A stretch of DNA of 64,000 nucleotides from Dehalococcoidia bacterium (GTDB lineage: Bacteria > Chloroflexota > Dehalococcoidia > UBA2979): contig JBFWOO010000003.1 of assembly GCA_050250415.1 (NCBI GenBank), forward strand, positions 67,491 through 131,490, written 5' to 3'. The first letter of the stretch is position 1. Every line of letters starts with the position of its first letter. The position numbers were made by a program, and so were the translations under genes. The notes beneath the pieces are model-generated. The model searched no databases, had not been told where the DNA came from, and worked only from the letters and a program-made list of their open reading frames with translations. Shown piece by piece: positions 30,624 to 41,005 of the stretch.

Positions 30624-31416
30624 CGCGCGGGCTGCCAGACGCGCCGGCCCTCGACACGGACGACCCGCCCGAACCCCGGCGCGCGCAGATGCGCCGGCGC
30701 CACCAGCTCGCCGCTCGCCTCGAGGCGTTCGAGGATCGCGTGGCGAGTCCGACGCGCGACCTCCATGTCGCTATCGAACGTGCTCGACCAGTCCGGCGCT
30801 TCCACGTCGATCGTCGTGAGGAACACGTCCCCGAGGACGAGCGCCTGCTCGCCGGCCGAGGTGACCGCGATGCTCGTGTGCCCCGGCGTGTGGCCGGGCG
30901 TGTGGACCGCCGTCAGCGAGGGGCCGAGCACGTAGCCGTCGTCGATGAGCTCCATGCGGTCGAGCACGCGCAGGGGCGCCACGTCGCGCGTGAACGATGC
31001 GGCTGGCTGTGACGCTGCCGTCTGCTCGTCCCAGTCACCGCGCGGTACGAGGTAGGTCGCGCGGGGGAAGAGCGGCTGCCCGGTGGCCCGGTCCAGGTTC
31101 CAGCCGGTGTGGTCACCGTGGAGGTGCGTGAACACCACCCGGTCGACCTCTTCGGGCGCGACGCCGGCGGCGCGCAGCTCCGCCATCAGCTGGCCGTCCG
31201 CCTCCGGCCCGAGGCCCGTGTCGACGAGGACGGTGCGGCCGTCAGCACGGACGAGGAAGCAGAGGCAGTCCATGCCGATGTCGCCGTTCGGCTCCAGCCG
31301 CTCGCGGTACGCCTCGAGGCCCGCGCCGGCGTCCGGCCAGACGCGGTGTGCGTCGAAGCCGAAGTAGACATCGAAGAGCGAGACGATCTCGGCGTCGCCG
31401 ACCGCGATCCGGTGCA
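30620..31416 (-). CDS. MBL-fold metallo-hydrolase
   Basis: HLHGDHTGW (HxHxDH) and …HTPGHTPGH… motifs. ATG at 31416 with GGAGG 8 nt upstream. The longer six-frame ORF running up to 31894 is rejected. Confidence 0.85.
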
Positions 31417-31535
31417 TGGCGATCCTCCGTTCCTTCCGTTGTTCCCGTTGCTCGCGCAGCGCACGGTAGCACCCACCGCCTGATTCGGCTGATAGCGAGG
31501 TGATATCATGGCGATAGCGGGGGAGGAGTGAACAG

Positions 31536-32465
31536 ATGACCGCGAATGAGTCCAATCCACGAGGTGTCCGGGAGGTCGTATCGGACCGGCCGGGGACGGC
31601 GATGCCGGGCATCATCGGCGTGATCGTGACGCTGGGGTTCCTCGCCGGGGCCGCGGCGCTGTTCTGGCTCGCCGTCGTCGAGGAAAGCGCGGTGCTCGCG
31701 ATCGCGGGCGGCGTGCCGGCGGTGCTCGGGCTGGTGTGGCTGGGCGGATTCCTGGTCATCCAGCCGAACCAGGCGGTCGTCCTGATCGTGCTCGGGTCGT
31801 ACCAGGGCACGCTCACGCAGGCGGGATTCTGGTGGGCCAACCCACTGTCCGCCATCGAGCGGCGGACGCTCTCGCTGCGTGCGAGGAACTTCAACAGTCA
31901 CACCTCGAAGGTGAACGACGCGAACGGCAACCCGATCAACATCGCCGCTGTCGTCGTCTGGCAGGTGGTCGACTCGGCCCGGGCGACGTTCGACGTCGAC
32001 GACTACGAGGACTTCGTCGTCGTGCAGAGCGAGACGGCGGTCCGGCACCTCGCGCGTTCGTACCCGTACGACTCGTACGGGGAGGGGCCGGGTGACGAGA
32101 ACGAGCTCACGCTCATCGGCGACGCCGAGGAGATCGCGGCGACGCTCCAGCAGGAGCTGCAGGACCGGCTGGACACGGCCGGGGTGCGCGTCATCGAAGC
32201 GCGGCTCACGGACCTCGCGTACGCGCCGGAGATCGCCGAGGCGATGCTGCGCCGCCAGCAGGCCGGCGCGATCGTCGCCGCGCGGCGGCGGATCGTGGAC
32301 GGCGCGGTGGGGATGGTGCGCATGGCGCTTGAGGAGATCGAGGCGGGGCACATCGTCGAGCTGGACGACGAGCGGAAGGCGACGATGGTGTCGAACCTGC
32401 TGACCGTGCTCACGAGCGACCACCCGACGAGCCCGGTGGTCAACGTGGGCACGCTGAGCCGCTGA
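31536..32465 (+). CDS. SPFH/band-7 domain membrane protein
   Basis: N-terminal TM helices, then an SPFH domain (…[20 protein letters not shown]…[42 protein letters not shown]…). Confidence 0.85.
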   Translation: MTANESNPRGVREVVSDRPGTAMPGIIGVIVTLGFLAGAAALFWLAVVEESAVLAIAGGVPAVLGLVWLGGFLVIQPNQAVVLIVLGSYQGTLTQAGFWWANPLSAIERRTLSLRARNFNSHTSKVNDANGNPINIAAVVVWQVVDSARATFDVDDYEDFVVVQSETAVRHLARSYPYDSYGEGPGDENELTLIGDAEEIAATLQQELQDRLDTAGVRVIEARLTDLAYAPEIAEAMLRRQQAGAIVAARRRIVDGAVGMVRMALEEIEAGHIVELDDERKATMVSNLLTVLTSDHPTSPVVNVGTLSR

Positions 32466-32475
32466 CGGCACGCGC

Positions 32476-32661
32476 GTGACGGAGCGCAAGCGCTTCCTGC
32501 TGAGGCTGGACCCGGCGCTGTACGACGCCCTCGAACGCTGGGCCGGCGACGAACTGCGCAGCGTGAACGGGCAGATCGAGTATCTCCTCGCTGACGCGGT
32601 GCGGCGGGCCGGGCGCCAGCCGCGCCGGCGCCCGCGCGACGAGGCGGCGGCGGATGAGTAG
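32476..32661 (+). CDS. Arc/ribbon-helix-helix-like small DNA-binding protein
   Basis: [40 protein letters not shown] is the conserved Arc-like small protein often found downstream of SPFH genes. GTG start. Confidence 0.55.
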   Translation: MTERKRFLLRLDPALYDALERWAGDELRSVNGQIEYLLADAVRRAGRQPRRRPRDEAAADE

Positions 32662-32712
32662 CGTCCTCCGGCGATCATCGCCCGAGAGGGAGGCGATCCG
32701 TATGATGCCCCT

Positions 32713-33963
32713 GTGAGCACGTACTACGTCATCCAGGGCGGGCGACCCCTCACGGGTGACGTCACCGTCTCCGGGTCGAAGAACGCGGCCCTCTACACGC
32801 TGCCAGCCGCCCTGCTCACCTCCGACCCCGTCACGATCCGCAACGTCCCCCGGATCGCGGACATCCGCGAGATGGCGGAGATCTGTGAGGCCGTCGGCTC
32901 CACCGTGGAGATCGAGGGCGAGACGGTGCGGATGGTGACCCCGGCGATCACCTCGGTCGCGCCGCCCACCGAGCTGGTCTCGAAGCTGCGCGCTTCCTTC
33001 CTGCTGATGGGGGCGCTGCTGGGGCGCGTCGGTGAGGCGGAGTGCCCGCCCCCCGGCGGCGACGTGATCGGCTCGCGTCCCCTGGACGTTCACTTCGTCG
33101 GCTTCCGCGCGCTGGGCGCGACCGTGGAGCGTCACGGCACCTCCTGGCGCGTGACGGCGTCTTCGCTCTCGGGTGCGCGGATCTTCTTCGACTACCCGAG
33201 TGTGCTTGGCACGGTGAACGTGCTGTTCTCCGCCGTGAAGGCGCAGGGGACGACGACGATCGTGAACGCCGCCGCCGAGCCCGAGGTGGAGATGCTCGCC
33301 GACATGATGGTGAGCATGGGCGCGCGGATCACCGGGCAGGGCACGCCCGTGATCACCGTGGAAGGCGTCGACGCCCTCCACGGCACGGACTTCACGGTCA
33401 TCCCTGACCGGCTCGAGGTGGGGACGTACCTCCTCGCCGGTGTGGCGACGCACGGCGACGTGCGCGTGACGAACGCCGAGCCGGCGCACCTCGACAGCCT
33501 GCTCGCGAAGCTGCGCGGCATGAACGCGCGGGTCGAGGTGGACGGGACGAGCGTCCGCGCGTGCAGCCCGGGCGAGCTGCTGCCCGTGCACGTGCAGGCC
33601 GTGCCGTATCCGGGCTTCGCGACCGACCTGCACCCACCGATGGCCGCGGCGCTGACGCAGGCGTCGGGCGTCTCGCTGGTGCACGAGCGCGTGTACGACA
33701 ACCGGACGCTGTACGTGAACGAGCTGCGGAAGCTCGGCGCGCGCATCACCACCGCCGGCGACACGGTGCTCATCGAGGGCCCCACGAAGCTGGGCGGATC
33801 GACGGTGCGCGCGCTGGACATTCGCGCCGGCGCGGCGGTGGTCGTGGCCGCGCTGGCGGCCGAGGGCGAGACGCGCATCCTGGACATCCACCACCTGGAC
33901 CGCGGGTACGCCGACCTGCAGGAACGCCTCGGGGCACTGGGGGCAGTGGTCGAGCGCCGGTAG
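32713..33963 (+). CDS. murA: UDP-N-acetylglucosamine 1-carboxyvinyltransferase
   Basis: Full-length MurA/EPT family similarity, including …GSRPLDVHF… and the …LVHERVYDNR… region. GTG start. Confidence 0.95.
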   Translation: MSTYYVIQGGRPLTGDVTVSGSKNAALYTLPAALLTSDPVTIRNVPRIADIREMAEICEAVGSTVEIEGETVRMVTPAITSVAPPTELVSKLRASFLLMGALLGRVGEAECPPPGGDVIGSRPLDVHFVGFRALGATVERHGTSWRVTASSLSGARIFFDYPSVLGTVNVLFSAVKAQGTTTIVNAAAEPEVEMLADMMVSMGARITGQGTPVITVEGVDALHGTDFTVIPDRLEVGTYLLAGVATHGDVRVTNAEPAHLDSLLAKLRGMNARVEVDGTSVRACSPGELLPVHVQAVPYPGFATDLHPPMAAALTQASGVSLVHERVYDNRTLYVNELRKLGARITTAGDTVLIEGPTKLGGSTVRALDIRAGAAVVVAALAAEGETRILDIHHLDRGYADLQERLGALGAVVERR

Positions 33964-34083
33964 CCCTCGCCGCATCGTGCGGAATCATCACGCCCGCGCT
34001 AACCTCGGGCGTGCGACCCGCGCTCTCGACTTATCCACAAGCGCCCAGGGAGGCGCGCTGCGTTCCGCGGCGTGGCGTCTCGC

Positions 34084-35127
34084 ATGCTCTCGCTCAGTAA
34101 GCGCATCGGCATCGACCTGGGGACGGCGAACGTCGTCGTCTATGACCACGACCGCGGCATCGTGCTGGACGAGCCCTCGGTGGTCGCGATCGCGGAGCGG
34201 GACAACACGGTCGTCGCCGTCGGCTCGGAGGCGCGTGCGATGATCGGCCGCCACCCGGGCGCGATCCAGGTCATCCGTCCGATGCGGGACGGAGTGATCG
34301 CGGACTACCTGATCACGGAGGCGATGCTCCGCTACTTCATCGCCAGCGTCGTGGGCCGGTTCAACATCGTGCGCCCCGAGGTGATGATCTCGGTCCCGGT
34401 CGGCGTCACCGGCGTCGAGCAGCGCGCGGTGCGCGACGCCGCCGAGGCGGCCGGGGCGCGCCGCCCGGCGCACCTCATCCCGGAGCCGCTGGCCGCGGCG
34501 ATCGGGGCGGAGATCCCGGTGGGGTCGGCGCGCGGCCACATGGTGATCGACATCGGCGGCGGCCGGTCCGAGGCGGCGGTGATTTCGATGTTCGGGATCG
34601 TCGCGAGCGAGTCCGTGCGGATCGCCGGCGACCGGCTGGACGACGCGATCGCGCAGTACATCAAGCGCCGCCACAACCTCGTCATCGGCGAACGCACTGC
34701 CGAGGAGGTGAAGCGCGCGATCGGCTCCGCGATCCCGCTGGAGGAGGATCTGACCGCCGGGGTGCGTGGGCGCGACCAGATCACGGGCCTCCCGAGGACG
34801 GTCACGGTCCGGTCGTCCGAGATCACGCAGGCGATCCAGGACCACCTCGTCACGATCGTGCAGACGGCGCGACGGGTGCTGGAGCGCACGCCCCCGGAGC
34901 TGGCCTCGGACGTCATCGACCACGGGATCGTGCTGACGGGCGGCGGCGCGCTGCTGCGCGGCATCGACGAGCTGATCCTCCACGAGACCGGCGTCCCCGT
35001 GCACATCGCGGAGGATCCGCTGCGCTGCGTCGCGCGTGGCGCGGGGATGGCGCTCGACTACATCGAGGTCATCGAGCGGACGCTGCCGACGGAGGAAGAG
35101 ACGATGATCACGGAGGCGGCGCGGTAG
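34084..35127 (+). CDS. mreB: Rod shape-determining protein MreB
   Basis: IGIDLGTANVVVY…, …PEPLAAAIGAE…, …VIDIGGGRSEAAVIS… are actin-like ATPase motifs. Confidence 0.9.
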   Translation: MLSLSKRIGIDLGTANVVVYDHDRGIVLDEPSVVAIAERDNTVVAVGSEARAMIGRHPGAIQVIRPMRDGVIADYLITEAMLRYFIASVVGRFNIVRPEVMISVPVGVTGVEQRAVRDAAEAAGARRPAHLIPEPLAAAIGAEIPVGSARGHMVIDIGGGRSEAAVISMFGIVASESVRIAGDRLDDAIAQYIKRRHNLVIGERTAEEVKRAIGSAIPLEEDLTAGVRGRDQITGLPRTVTVRSSEITQAIQDHLVTIVQTARRVLERTPPELASDVIDHGIVLTGGGALLRGIDELILHETGVPVHIAEDPLRCVARGAGMALDYIEVIERTLPTEEETMITEAAR

Positions 35128-35172
35128 GAGGCGAAGTAGGCGGCGTAGCCCGGGTCCGTGCCGCCCTCGGCG

Positions 35173-35805
35173 CTATCCCTCGCGGATGCGCTTCAGGTGG
35201 TACGTCATGCTCTGCAGGAAGAGCACCGGGTTGATGTGGCGAAGCTCCACCTCGGGCGGCGCCTGCACGCGGTTTGGCGTGTAGTTCAGGATCGCCCCGA
35301 CGTGCGCGTCGACGAGCGTGTCGACGACATCCTGGGCGACGTCGCCAGGGACGGCGACGATGCCGATGTCCACGTGCTGCTGCTTCAGGTCGTCCTCGAG
35401 CTCGGAGACATCGCGGACCTGGCGGCCTTCGATCTCGGAGCCGACGAGCGACGGGCTCGCGTCGTACAGCGCGATGATGTCGAAACCCTGGCCCTCAAAG
35501 CCGGGGTAGGAGGCGATGGCGCGGCCGAGGCGGCCGATGCCGATGACGGCGACCCGCCAGCGCTGATCGAGGCCGAGGATCTGTCGCAACTCCGCGGCGA
35601 GGCGATGGACGGAGTAGCCACGCCCCTGCTTGCCGAAGCGTCCGAAGTAGGAGAGGTCCTTACGGATCTGGGCCGGCGTCACACCGAGCTCGGCGCCCAG
35701 CTCCTGCGAGGAGACGACCGCGCGCCCTTCGCCCTCAAGCCGTGACAGCAGCCGGTAGTAGAGCGGCAGCCGGTCGATCACGACTTCGGGGATCTCGATA
35801 GGCAA
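35173..35805 (-). CDS. rex: Redox-sensing transcriptional repressor Rex
   Basis: IPEVVIDRLPLYYRLLSRLEGEG…SSQELGAELGVTPAQIRKDLSYFG… plus a Rossmann GIGRLG motif. Probable TTG start at 35805. The longer six-frame ORF is rejected. Confidence 0.85.
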   Translation of the reverse strand: MPIEIPEVVIDRLPLYYRLLSRLEGEGRAVVSSQELGAELGVTPAQIRKDLSYFGRFGKQGRGYSVHRLAAELRQILGLDQRWRVAVIGIGRLGRAIASYPGFEGQGFDIIALYDASPSLVGSEIEGRQVRDVSELEDDLKQQHVDIGIVAVPGDVAQDVVDTLVDAHVGAILNYTPNRVQAPPEVELRHINPVLFLQSMTYHLKRIREG

Positions 35806-35984
35806 GAGGCAACGTCCCGGGGTTGAGCGGCGTGCGCTGGGCGGGGAGGGCGAACCTGTCACTCGATGATACGCCCTGTCTCGGTGTGTGCAATTTCGCA
35901 CAATCGAGACTGCGTGATCTCCGAGGGCCGTGGGCGCCGGAAGACGCCCGTGGAGGCCCTCCAGGCCGCCGAGGATGCCGCTCT

Positions 35985-36359
35985 TCAGTCGCGGCGCGCG
36001 CGCCCGGCGGCCCAGCCGCCGATGAGGAGCCCGACGCCGACGCCGAGCCCGTCCGCGAAGAAGTCGTTGAGCGAGGGCGATCGGCCCTCGATCGGGCCCT
36101 GCGCAATCTCGGTAGCGGCAGCGAAGAAGAGGGCGACGAGCAGCAGCCCGAGGCGCGCCTTCCGCTGCAGGGCGGGATCGAGCTGCGCCATCCACAGCGC
36201 GGCGCCCGCGCCGAGCGGGAGGAACAGCAGGAAGTGGAGGTAGCTGTCGCTCGCGATGTCCGTGCTGAGGTTCGGGCGGAGCGTGGCGTACACGATGACG
36301 CCCGCGCTGAGCGCGGTGATCGCCTGCCCGATGCGACGGAGGAAGGCGGCTCGCATCAT
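35985..36359 (-). CDS. VanZ-like family membrane protein
   Basis: …LRPNLSTDIASDSYLHFLLFLPLGAGAAL… matches the VanZ pattern. Start taken at the internal ATG. Confidence 0.5.
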   Translation of the reverse strand: MMRAAFLRRIGQAITALSAGVIVYATLRPNLSTDIASDSYLHFLLFLPLGAGAALWMAQLDPALQRKARLGLLLVALFFAAATEIAQGPIEGRSPSLNDFFADGLGVGVGLLIGGWAAGRARRD

Positions 36360-36449
36360 CGAAGCGTAGTGGCTCGCCCCCGTACCGTCTGACGCTCCCG
36401 GCTCGGCGCCGTCCGCCCGTACCCGGCCGCGACCGTACAATTCAGCCCC

Positions 36450-37949
36450 ATGCCGGTTGCCGTCGCCCCGCGTCCCCTCGCCCGTCCCTGGCCGCTGACC
36501 GTGGAGCCGTGGGAGGGCGCCTCCCCCGCCGACGCCGTCGCCGCGCTGCGCGGTCGTCCGGGGCTTGCCTGGCTCGATTCTGCGCTGCCGGGCGAGCGCC
36601 TGGGACGCTGGTCGATCGTCGCTTCGGACCCACGCTGGACGTTGACCGCCTACGGCTCCGATGTGCTCTACGACGGCGCGTGTGGTCCGCGCCGGCTGCG
36701 CCCGGGCGCCCTGCGCGCGTTCGCGCGCGCAGTGGAGGCGGAGCCGGCGCCAGAGGCCGCCGGCGACCTCGCGCTCCCGTTGATCGGAGACCTGCCGTTC
36801 GTCGGTGGCGCGATCGGGTACCTCGGGTTCGAGCTGGGGCGCGAGGTCGAGCGGCTGCCGGCAACGACGCTCGACGACGTCGGCGCGCCGGACCTCGCCG
36901 TCGGCTGGTACGACGCCGCGCTCGTGTGGGACGAGGTGGCGCGGCGGGGGTGGCTCGTCGGCCGCGCGGAGGCGGTCGCCCCGCTGCGCTCGCGGCTCGA
37001 AGCGCCCGCGATGGCGCCGGGGCCGGTCACGGCGGGGGCCCTCCGTCCGAACATGACGCGCGAGGCGTACCTCGCGGCGGTGGAGCGCGCCCTGGCCTAC
37101 GTCCGCGCGGGCGACATCTACCAGGTCAACTTCGCGCAGCGGCTCTCCGCGCCCCTCGCAGGCGACGGGATCGACGCCTACCTCCGGCTCCGCGCGAGCA
37201 GTCCCGCGCCGTTCGCCGCCTATCTCGACACGCGCGGCGCGTCGGGGGGCGTCGAGGTGTTGTCGTCGTCACCGGAGCGGTTCCTGCTGCTCGACCGCGA
37301 CGTCCTTGAGACCCGCCCGATCAAGGGGACGCGGCCCCGCGGCGCCACGCCGGAGGCGGACGCGGCGCTGGCGGCCGAGCTGCGCGCGAGCAGCAAGGAC
37401 CTCGCCGAGCACGTGATGATCGTGGACCTGGAACGGAACGACCTCGGGCGGGTCGCCGTCGTGGGGAGCGTGCAGGTCCCCGAGTTCGCGACGCTGGAGT
37501 CGTTCCGACAGGTGCACCACCTGACGTCGACGGTCCGCGCGACGCGCCGGCCCGGCGCGGGCCTGGAGGCGATCCTGCGCGCGACGTTCCCCGGCGGATC
37601 GATCACCGGCGCGCCGAAGGTGCGGGCGCTGGAGATCATCGATGAGCTCGAGCCGACGGTCCGCGGCGCCTACACGGGGTCGATCGGATACGTGTCGGCG
37701 CACGGGCGGATGGACTTCAACATCGCCATCCGCACGATCACCCTCGCGGATGGGGTCGCGCATCTACACGTCGGCGGCGCGATCGTGCACGACTCCGACC
37801 CCGCCCTGGAGTACGCGGAGACGATGCACAAGGCGCGCGGCATGGCTCGGGCGCTGGGTGTGACCCTGCCAGACGAGATGCCAGACGAGATGCTAGACGA
37901 GACGCCAGACGAGACGCCAGACGAGATGCAGGACGAGACAGGCGCGTGA
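36450..37949 (+). CDS. pabB: Aminodeoxychorismate synthase component I (chorismate-binding enzyme), with a C-terminal (M/L)PDE(M/T) repeat tail
   Basis: …FPGGSITGAPKVRALEIIDELEPTVRGAYTGSIGYVS… is the chorismate-binding family. It is followed by an overlapping class IV aminotransferase, which favours PabB over TrpE. Confidence 0.8.
   Translation: MPVAVAPRPLARPWPLTVEPWEGASPADAVAALRGRPGLAWLDSALPGERLGRWSIVASDPRWTLTAYGSDVLYDGACGPRRLRPGALRAFARAVEAEPAPEAAGDLALPLIGDLPFVGGAIGYLGFELGREVERLPATTLDDVGAPDLAVGWYDAALVWDEVARRGWLVGRAEAVAPLRSRLEAPAMAPGPVTAGALRPNMTREAYLAAVERALAYVRAGDIYQVNFAQRLSAPLAGDGIDAYLRLRASSPAPFAAYLDTRGASGGVEVLSSSPERFLLLDRDVLETRPIKGTRPRGATPEADAALAAELRASSKDLAEHVMIVDLERNDLGRVAVVGSVQVPEFATLESFRQVHHLTSTVRATRRPGAGLEAILRATFPGGSITGAPKVRALEIIDELEPTVRGAYTGSIGYVSAHGRMDFNIAIRTITLADGVAHLHVGGAIVHDSDPALEYAETMHKARGMARALGVTLPDEMPDEMLDETPDETPDEMQDETGA
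37869..37940. repeat. 12-nt in-frame tandem repeat x6 (ccagacgagatg variants) encoding a PDEM/PDET peptide repeat
   Basis: ccagacgagatg ccagacgagatg ctagacgagacg ccagacgagacg ccagacgagatg caggacgagaca lies at the 3' end of pabB. Confidence 0.85.
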
Positions 37950-38812
37950 GCGCCCCGGGCGGCGTCGCGTGGGTGGACGGGGAGCTCGTGCCGCGTGAGC
38001 GTGCGAGCGTCTCCATCGATGACTTCGGGTTCCGGTACGGCCTGACCTGCTTCGAGACGATGCTCGCGCGGAACGGCCGGGTGTTCCGGCTCGCGCAGCA
38101 CCTCGATCGGCTCGAGGCGAGCGTGCAGTTGTTCCTCGCGACGCCGCCGCCGCGTGGCGAGCTTGAGCGAGCCGTGGCCGCGGCGCTGGAGGCGAACGCG
38201 TTGACGGAGGCGTCCGTCCGGCTCTCGGTCACACCGGGGAACGGGACGCGGCCGGCGCTGCCGGCGACGGGCACGCCGCACGTCATCGTGACCGCCGAGC
38301 CGCTCGGCGCGCTCCCGGCTCGCGGCCGGCTGTGGGTCAGCTCCGTGCGGCTCGACGCTGCGCGGCCGTGGCGCGCGGCGAAGGTGGGCCAGTACGCGAC
38401 GTCCCTCCTCGCCCGCGCCGAGGCCGAGGCGCAGGGGTACGAGGACGCGCTGCTCCTCGACCACGCGGGGCGCATCGCCGAGGCGGCAACGGCCAACGTG
38501 TTCTTCGAGGTCGACGGTGCGATCGTGACGCCCTCGCTGGGGACGGGGGCGCTCCCGGGCGTGACGCGGGGGTGCGTGATGGAGGTCGCGGCGTCGCTCG
38601 GGCGACCGGTGCGCGAGGTCGAGCTGACGCTCGCGGACCTACCGCTCGCCACGGGCGCGTTCGTCACGAGCAGCATCGCGGGCGTGGCGCCCGTCACCTC
38701 GGTGGCATGGGATGCCACGGGCGGGCGCATCTCGTGGGAGTCGAGCGCGAGCGCGGCGCTGGTTGAGATCGAGCGCGCGTACGCGGACGTGGTGCTGACA
38801 GAGACCCGCTAG
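37946..38812 (+). CDS. pabC: Aminodeoxychorismate lyase / class IV aminotransferase
   Basis: Fold-type IV PLP enzyme pattern (…FGFRYGLTCFETM…, …AKVGQYATSL…, …EAATANVFF…). GTG start overlaps the pabB stop (GTGA). Confidence 0.75.
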   Translation: MSAPGGVAWVDGELVPRERASVSIDDFGFRYGLTCFETMLARNGRVFRLAQHLDRLEASVQLFLATPPPRGELERAVAAALEANALTEASVRLSVTPGNGTRPALPATGTPHVIVTAEPLGALPARGRLWVSSVRLDAARPWRAAKVGQYATSLLARAEAEAQGYEDALLLDHAGRIAEAATANVFFEVDGAIVTPSLGTGALPGVTRGCVMEVAASLGRPVREVELTLADLPLATGAFVTSSIAGVAPVTSVAWDATGGRISWESSASAALVEIERAYADVVLTETR

Positions 38813-39117
38813 GGGCGTAGAGCCCGATTTCCGGCGGCCGGTCTCATCCGATCCATCTGTGCACCATTTTTCTACCGAGTGTTCTCTTTGGCGTCAGCGT
38901 TCCGTCAGATAGCGTTCCCTGACCAATGACATCAGATTGTTATTCTCGCTCCGTTACCAGTGCCTCCAACTGGAGGACACGGGCGGCTGGTACACGACCC
39001 AGCGTCCCCGGCCCAACGGGCGGCTTGCCGGCAATGGGCCCGGTGAGCGCCTGGCGAGCGCCGGCGAGGGTCGGGACACGGAGGATCCGCGCCTCGCGCG
39101 TGCGAGCTGCGTCGACA

Positions 39118-39824
39118 TGAACGGGACGAACCACCACTCCGGACCCTGGGGCCAGGCTCGCATTCTGCTGGTCGAGGACGACCGCGATGTCCGCGATGTC
39201 GTCGCGACTTCGCTGCGGCAGCTCGGCTGGGAGACGGACGCCGTGGCGTCCGGTGAGGACGCCCTCACCGCCTTCGCCCGCGCCCACTTCGACCTCGTCG
39301 TCCTCGACCTCGGCCTTCCCGGGATGCCCGGCATCGACGTCCTTCGCCAGCTCCGCAGCCGGAGCGAGATCCCCGTCCTGGTGATGACCGCGGCCGGCGG
39401 CCTCGACGATCGCGTCATCGGGTTCGACCTCGGCGCGGACGACTACGTGGTCAAGCCGTTCGAGGTGGCCGAGCTGGAGCGACGCGTCCGGGCGATCCTC
39501 CGCCGCACTACCGGGCCTCGGCCGGACGACGTGCTGCATGGCCCGCAGGAGATCCGCCTGCTGCTCCGCGCGCACGAGGCGTACGTCGGCGAGCAGCAGG
39601 TACACCTCACGCCCAAGGAGTTCGAGGTGCTGCGCGTGCTCCTCGCGCGGCGCGGCGAGGTGGTGGCGCCGGATGACCTCTCGGTGCAGATCTGGGGCTA
39701 CGAGACCTTCGGCTCCCGCAACTACGTGGAGGCGCACGTCTCGCGCCTGCGCGGGAAGCTCGCCGACGTCGGCGCGGACGGGGTGATCGGCACCGTCCGC
39801 GGCGTCGGCTACATGGTCCGCTAG
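39118..39824 (+). CDS. OmpR-family response regulator (no adjacent histidine kinase)
   Basis: Receiver domain (ILLVEDDRDVRDV…DLVVLDLGLPGMPGIDV…) plus winged-helix output (…LTPKEFEVLRVLLARRGEVV…YVEAHVSRLRGKL…). Confidence 0.85.
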
Positions 39825-39912
39825 CCGCCCACTCCCCCGCACCGACGGCTCGGCAGCGGCCCGAGGGCACGCCCGCGGGACGCTGGCGCGCGCGGTGTAT
39901 GCTCGCCGCGCC

Positions 39913-40920
39913 ATGAGTACTACTCCGTTCCTCGCCGTCCAGACCGAGTCCAGCGACCCTGCGTGGTTCGAGGTGGAACGCTCGATCGTCGAGCCCGTCG
40001 GGGGACGGGTCGTCGTCCAGCGCGCGGCGGACCAGGACGAGCGCGCTGAGCTGCTGAAGGACGCGCAGTGCGTCCTCGTGGGCGGCGCGACGATCGACGG
40101 CGCGTTGCTGGAGCGGCTGCCGAAGCTCGAGCTGATCATCCGCTACGGCGTCGGGATCGACTCACTCGACATCCCCGAGGCGACGAAGCACGGCGTGGTC
40201 GTGGCGCACTACCCGGACTTCTGCCAGCCCGAGGTCGCGAACCACGCGCTGATGCTGCTGCTCGCGGTTGCGAGGAAGCTCGTGCCGCACGACCGCGCGA
40301 TGCGCGCGGGGGCGTACCGCAGCGTGCCGCTGCCGGTGTCGCCGCCCCTGACCAACGAGACGCTTGGGATCGTCGCCTTCGGGAACATCGGCCAGCAGAT
40401 GGCGAAGCGCGCCCGCGCGCTCGACATGGAGATCCTCGCGTACGACCCGTACCTGGACGACGCGACGATCGCGGCCGCGGGGGCGCGTCGGGCGTCGTCG
40501 TTCGAGCAGCTGCTCGCGGAGTCGGACCACATCTCGATCCACGCGCCGCTGACGCCGGAGACACGCGGCATGTTCGGCATCGAGCAGTTCCGCGCGATGA
40601 AGCCCACCGCCATCCTCGTGAACACCGCGCGCGGGCCGATCGTGAAGCTGGACGACCTCGTGCAGGCGCTCCGCGACCGCGAGATCGCGGGGGCCGGGCT
40701 GGACGTGTTCGAGCACGAGCCGATGCCCGCGACGCACCCGCTGTACGAGTTCGACAACGTCGCGCTGACGCCGCACTCCGCCTTCTACTCCGAGTACTCC
40801 AACCGTCACATCAAGGAGCGGATCGGCCAGACGATCGTCGAGTACATGAATGGGACGTGGCCGACGGCGGCGACTATCCCGAACCGTGACGAGGTCACGC
40901 CGAAGCGGCCGCTCTCCTAA
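39913..40920 (+). CDS. D-isomer-specific 2-hydroxyacid dehydrogenase family
   Basis: GIVAFGNIGQQMAKRA NAD-binding motif and catalytic …ARGPIVK…HSAFYS… motifs. Confidence 0.85.
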   Translation: MSTTPFLAVQTESSDPAWFEVERSIVEPVGGRVVVQRAADQDERAELLKDAQCVLVGGATIDGALLERLPKLELIIRYGVGIDSLDIPEATKHGVVVAHYPDFCQPEVANHALMLLLAVARKLVPHDRAMRAGAYRSVPLPVSPPLTNETLGIVAFGNIGQQMAKRARALDMEILAYDPYLDDATIAAAGARRASSFEQLLAESDHISIHAPLTPETRGMFGIEQFRAMKPTAILVNTARGPIVKLDDLVQALRDREIAGAGLDVFEHEPMPATHPLYEFDNVALTPHSAFYSEYSNRHIKERIGQTIVEYMNGTWPTAATIPNRDEVTPKRPLS

Positions 40921-41005
40921 GCCAGTCCACACACGGCCGGCGGACGATCGCCGGGTTCTCGACAGGGCCGCCCGGCGCGGCGGCACCAGCGCGAAGGGAT
41001 CCTCC

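Noticed and set aside
30620-31894. 424-aa version of the MBL hydrolase ORF
   Set aside because: The N-terminal 159 aa are low-complexity and overlap other frames. An internal ATG at 31416 with GGAGG at optimal spacing gives a normal-length (265-aa) MBL hydrolase.
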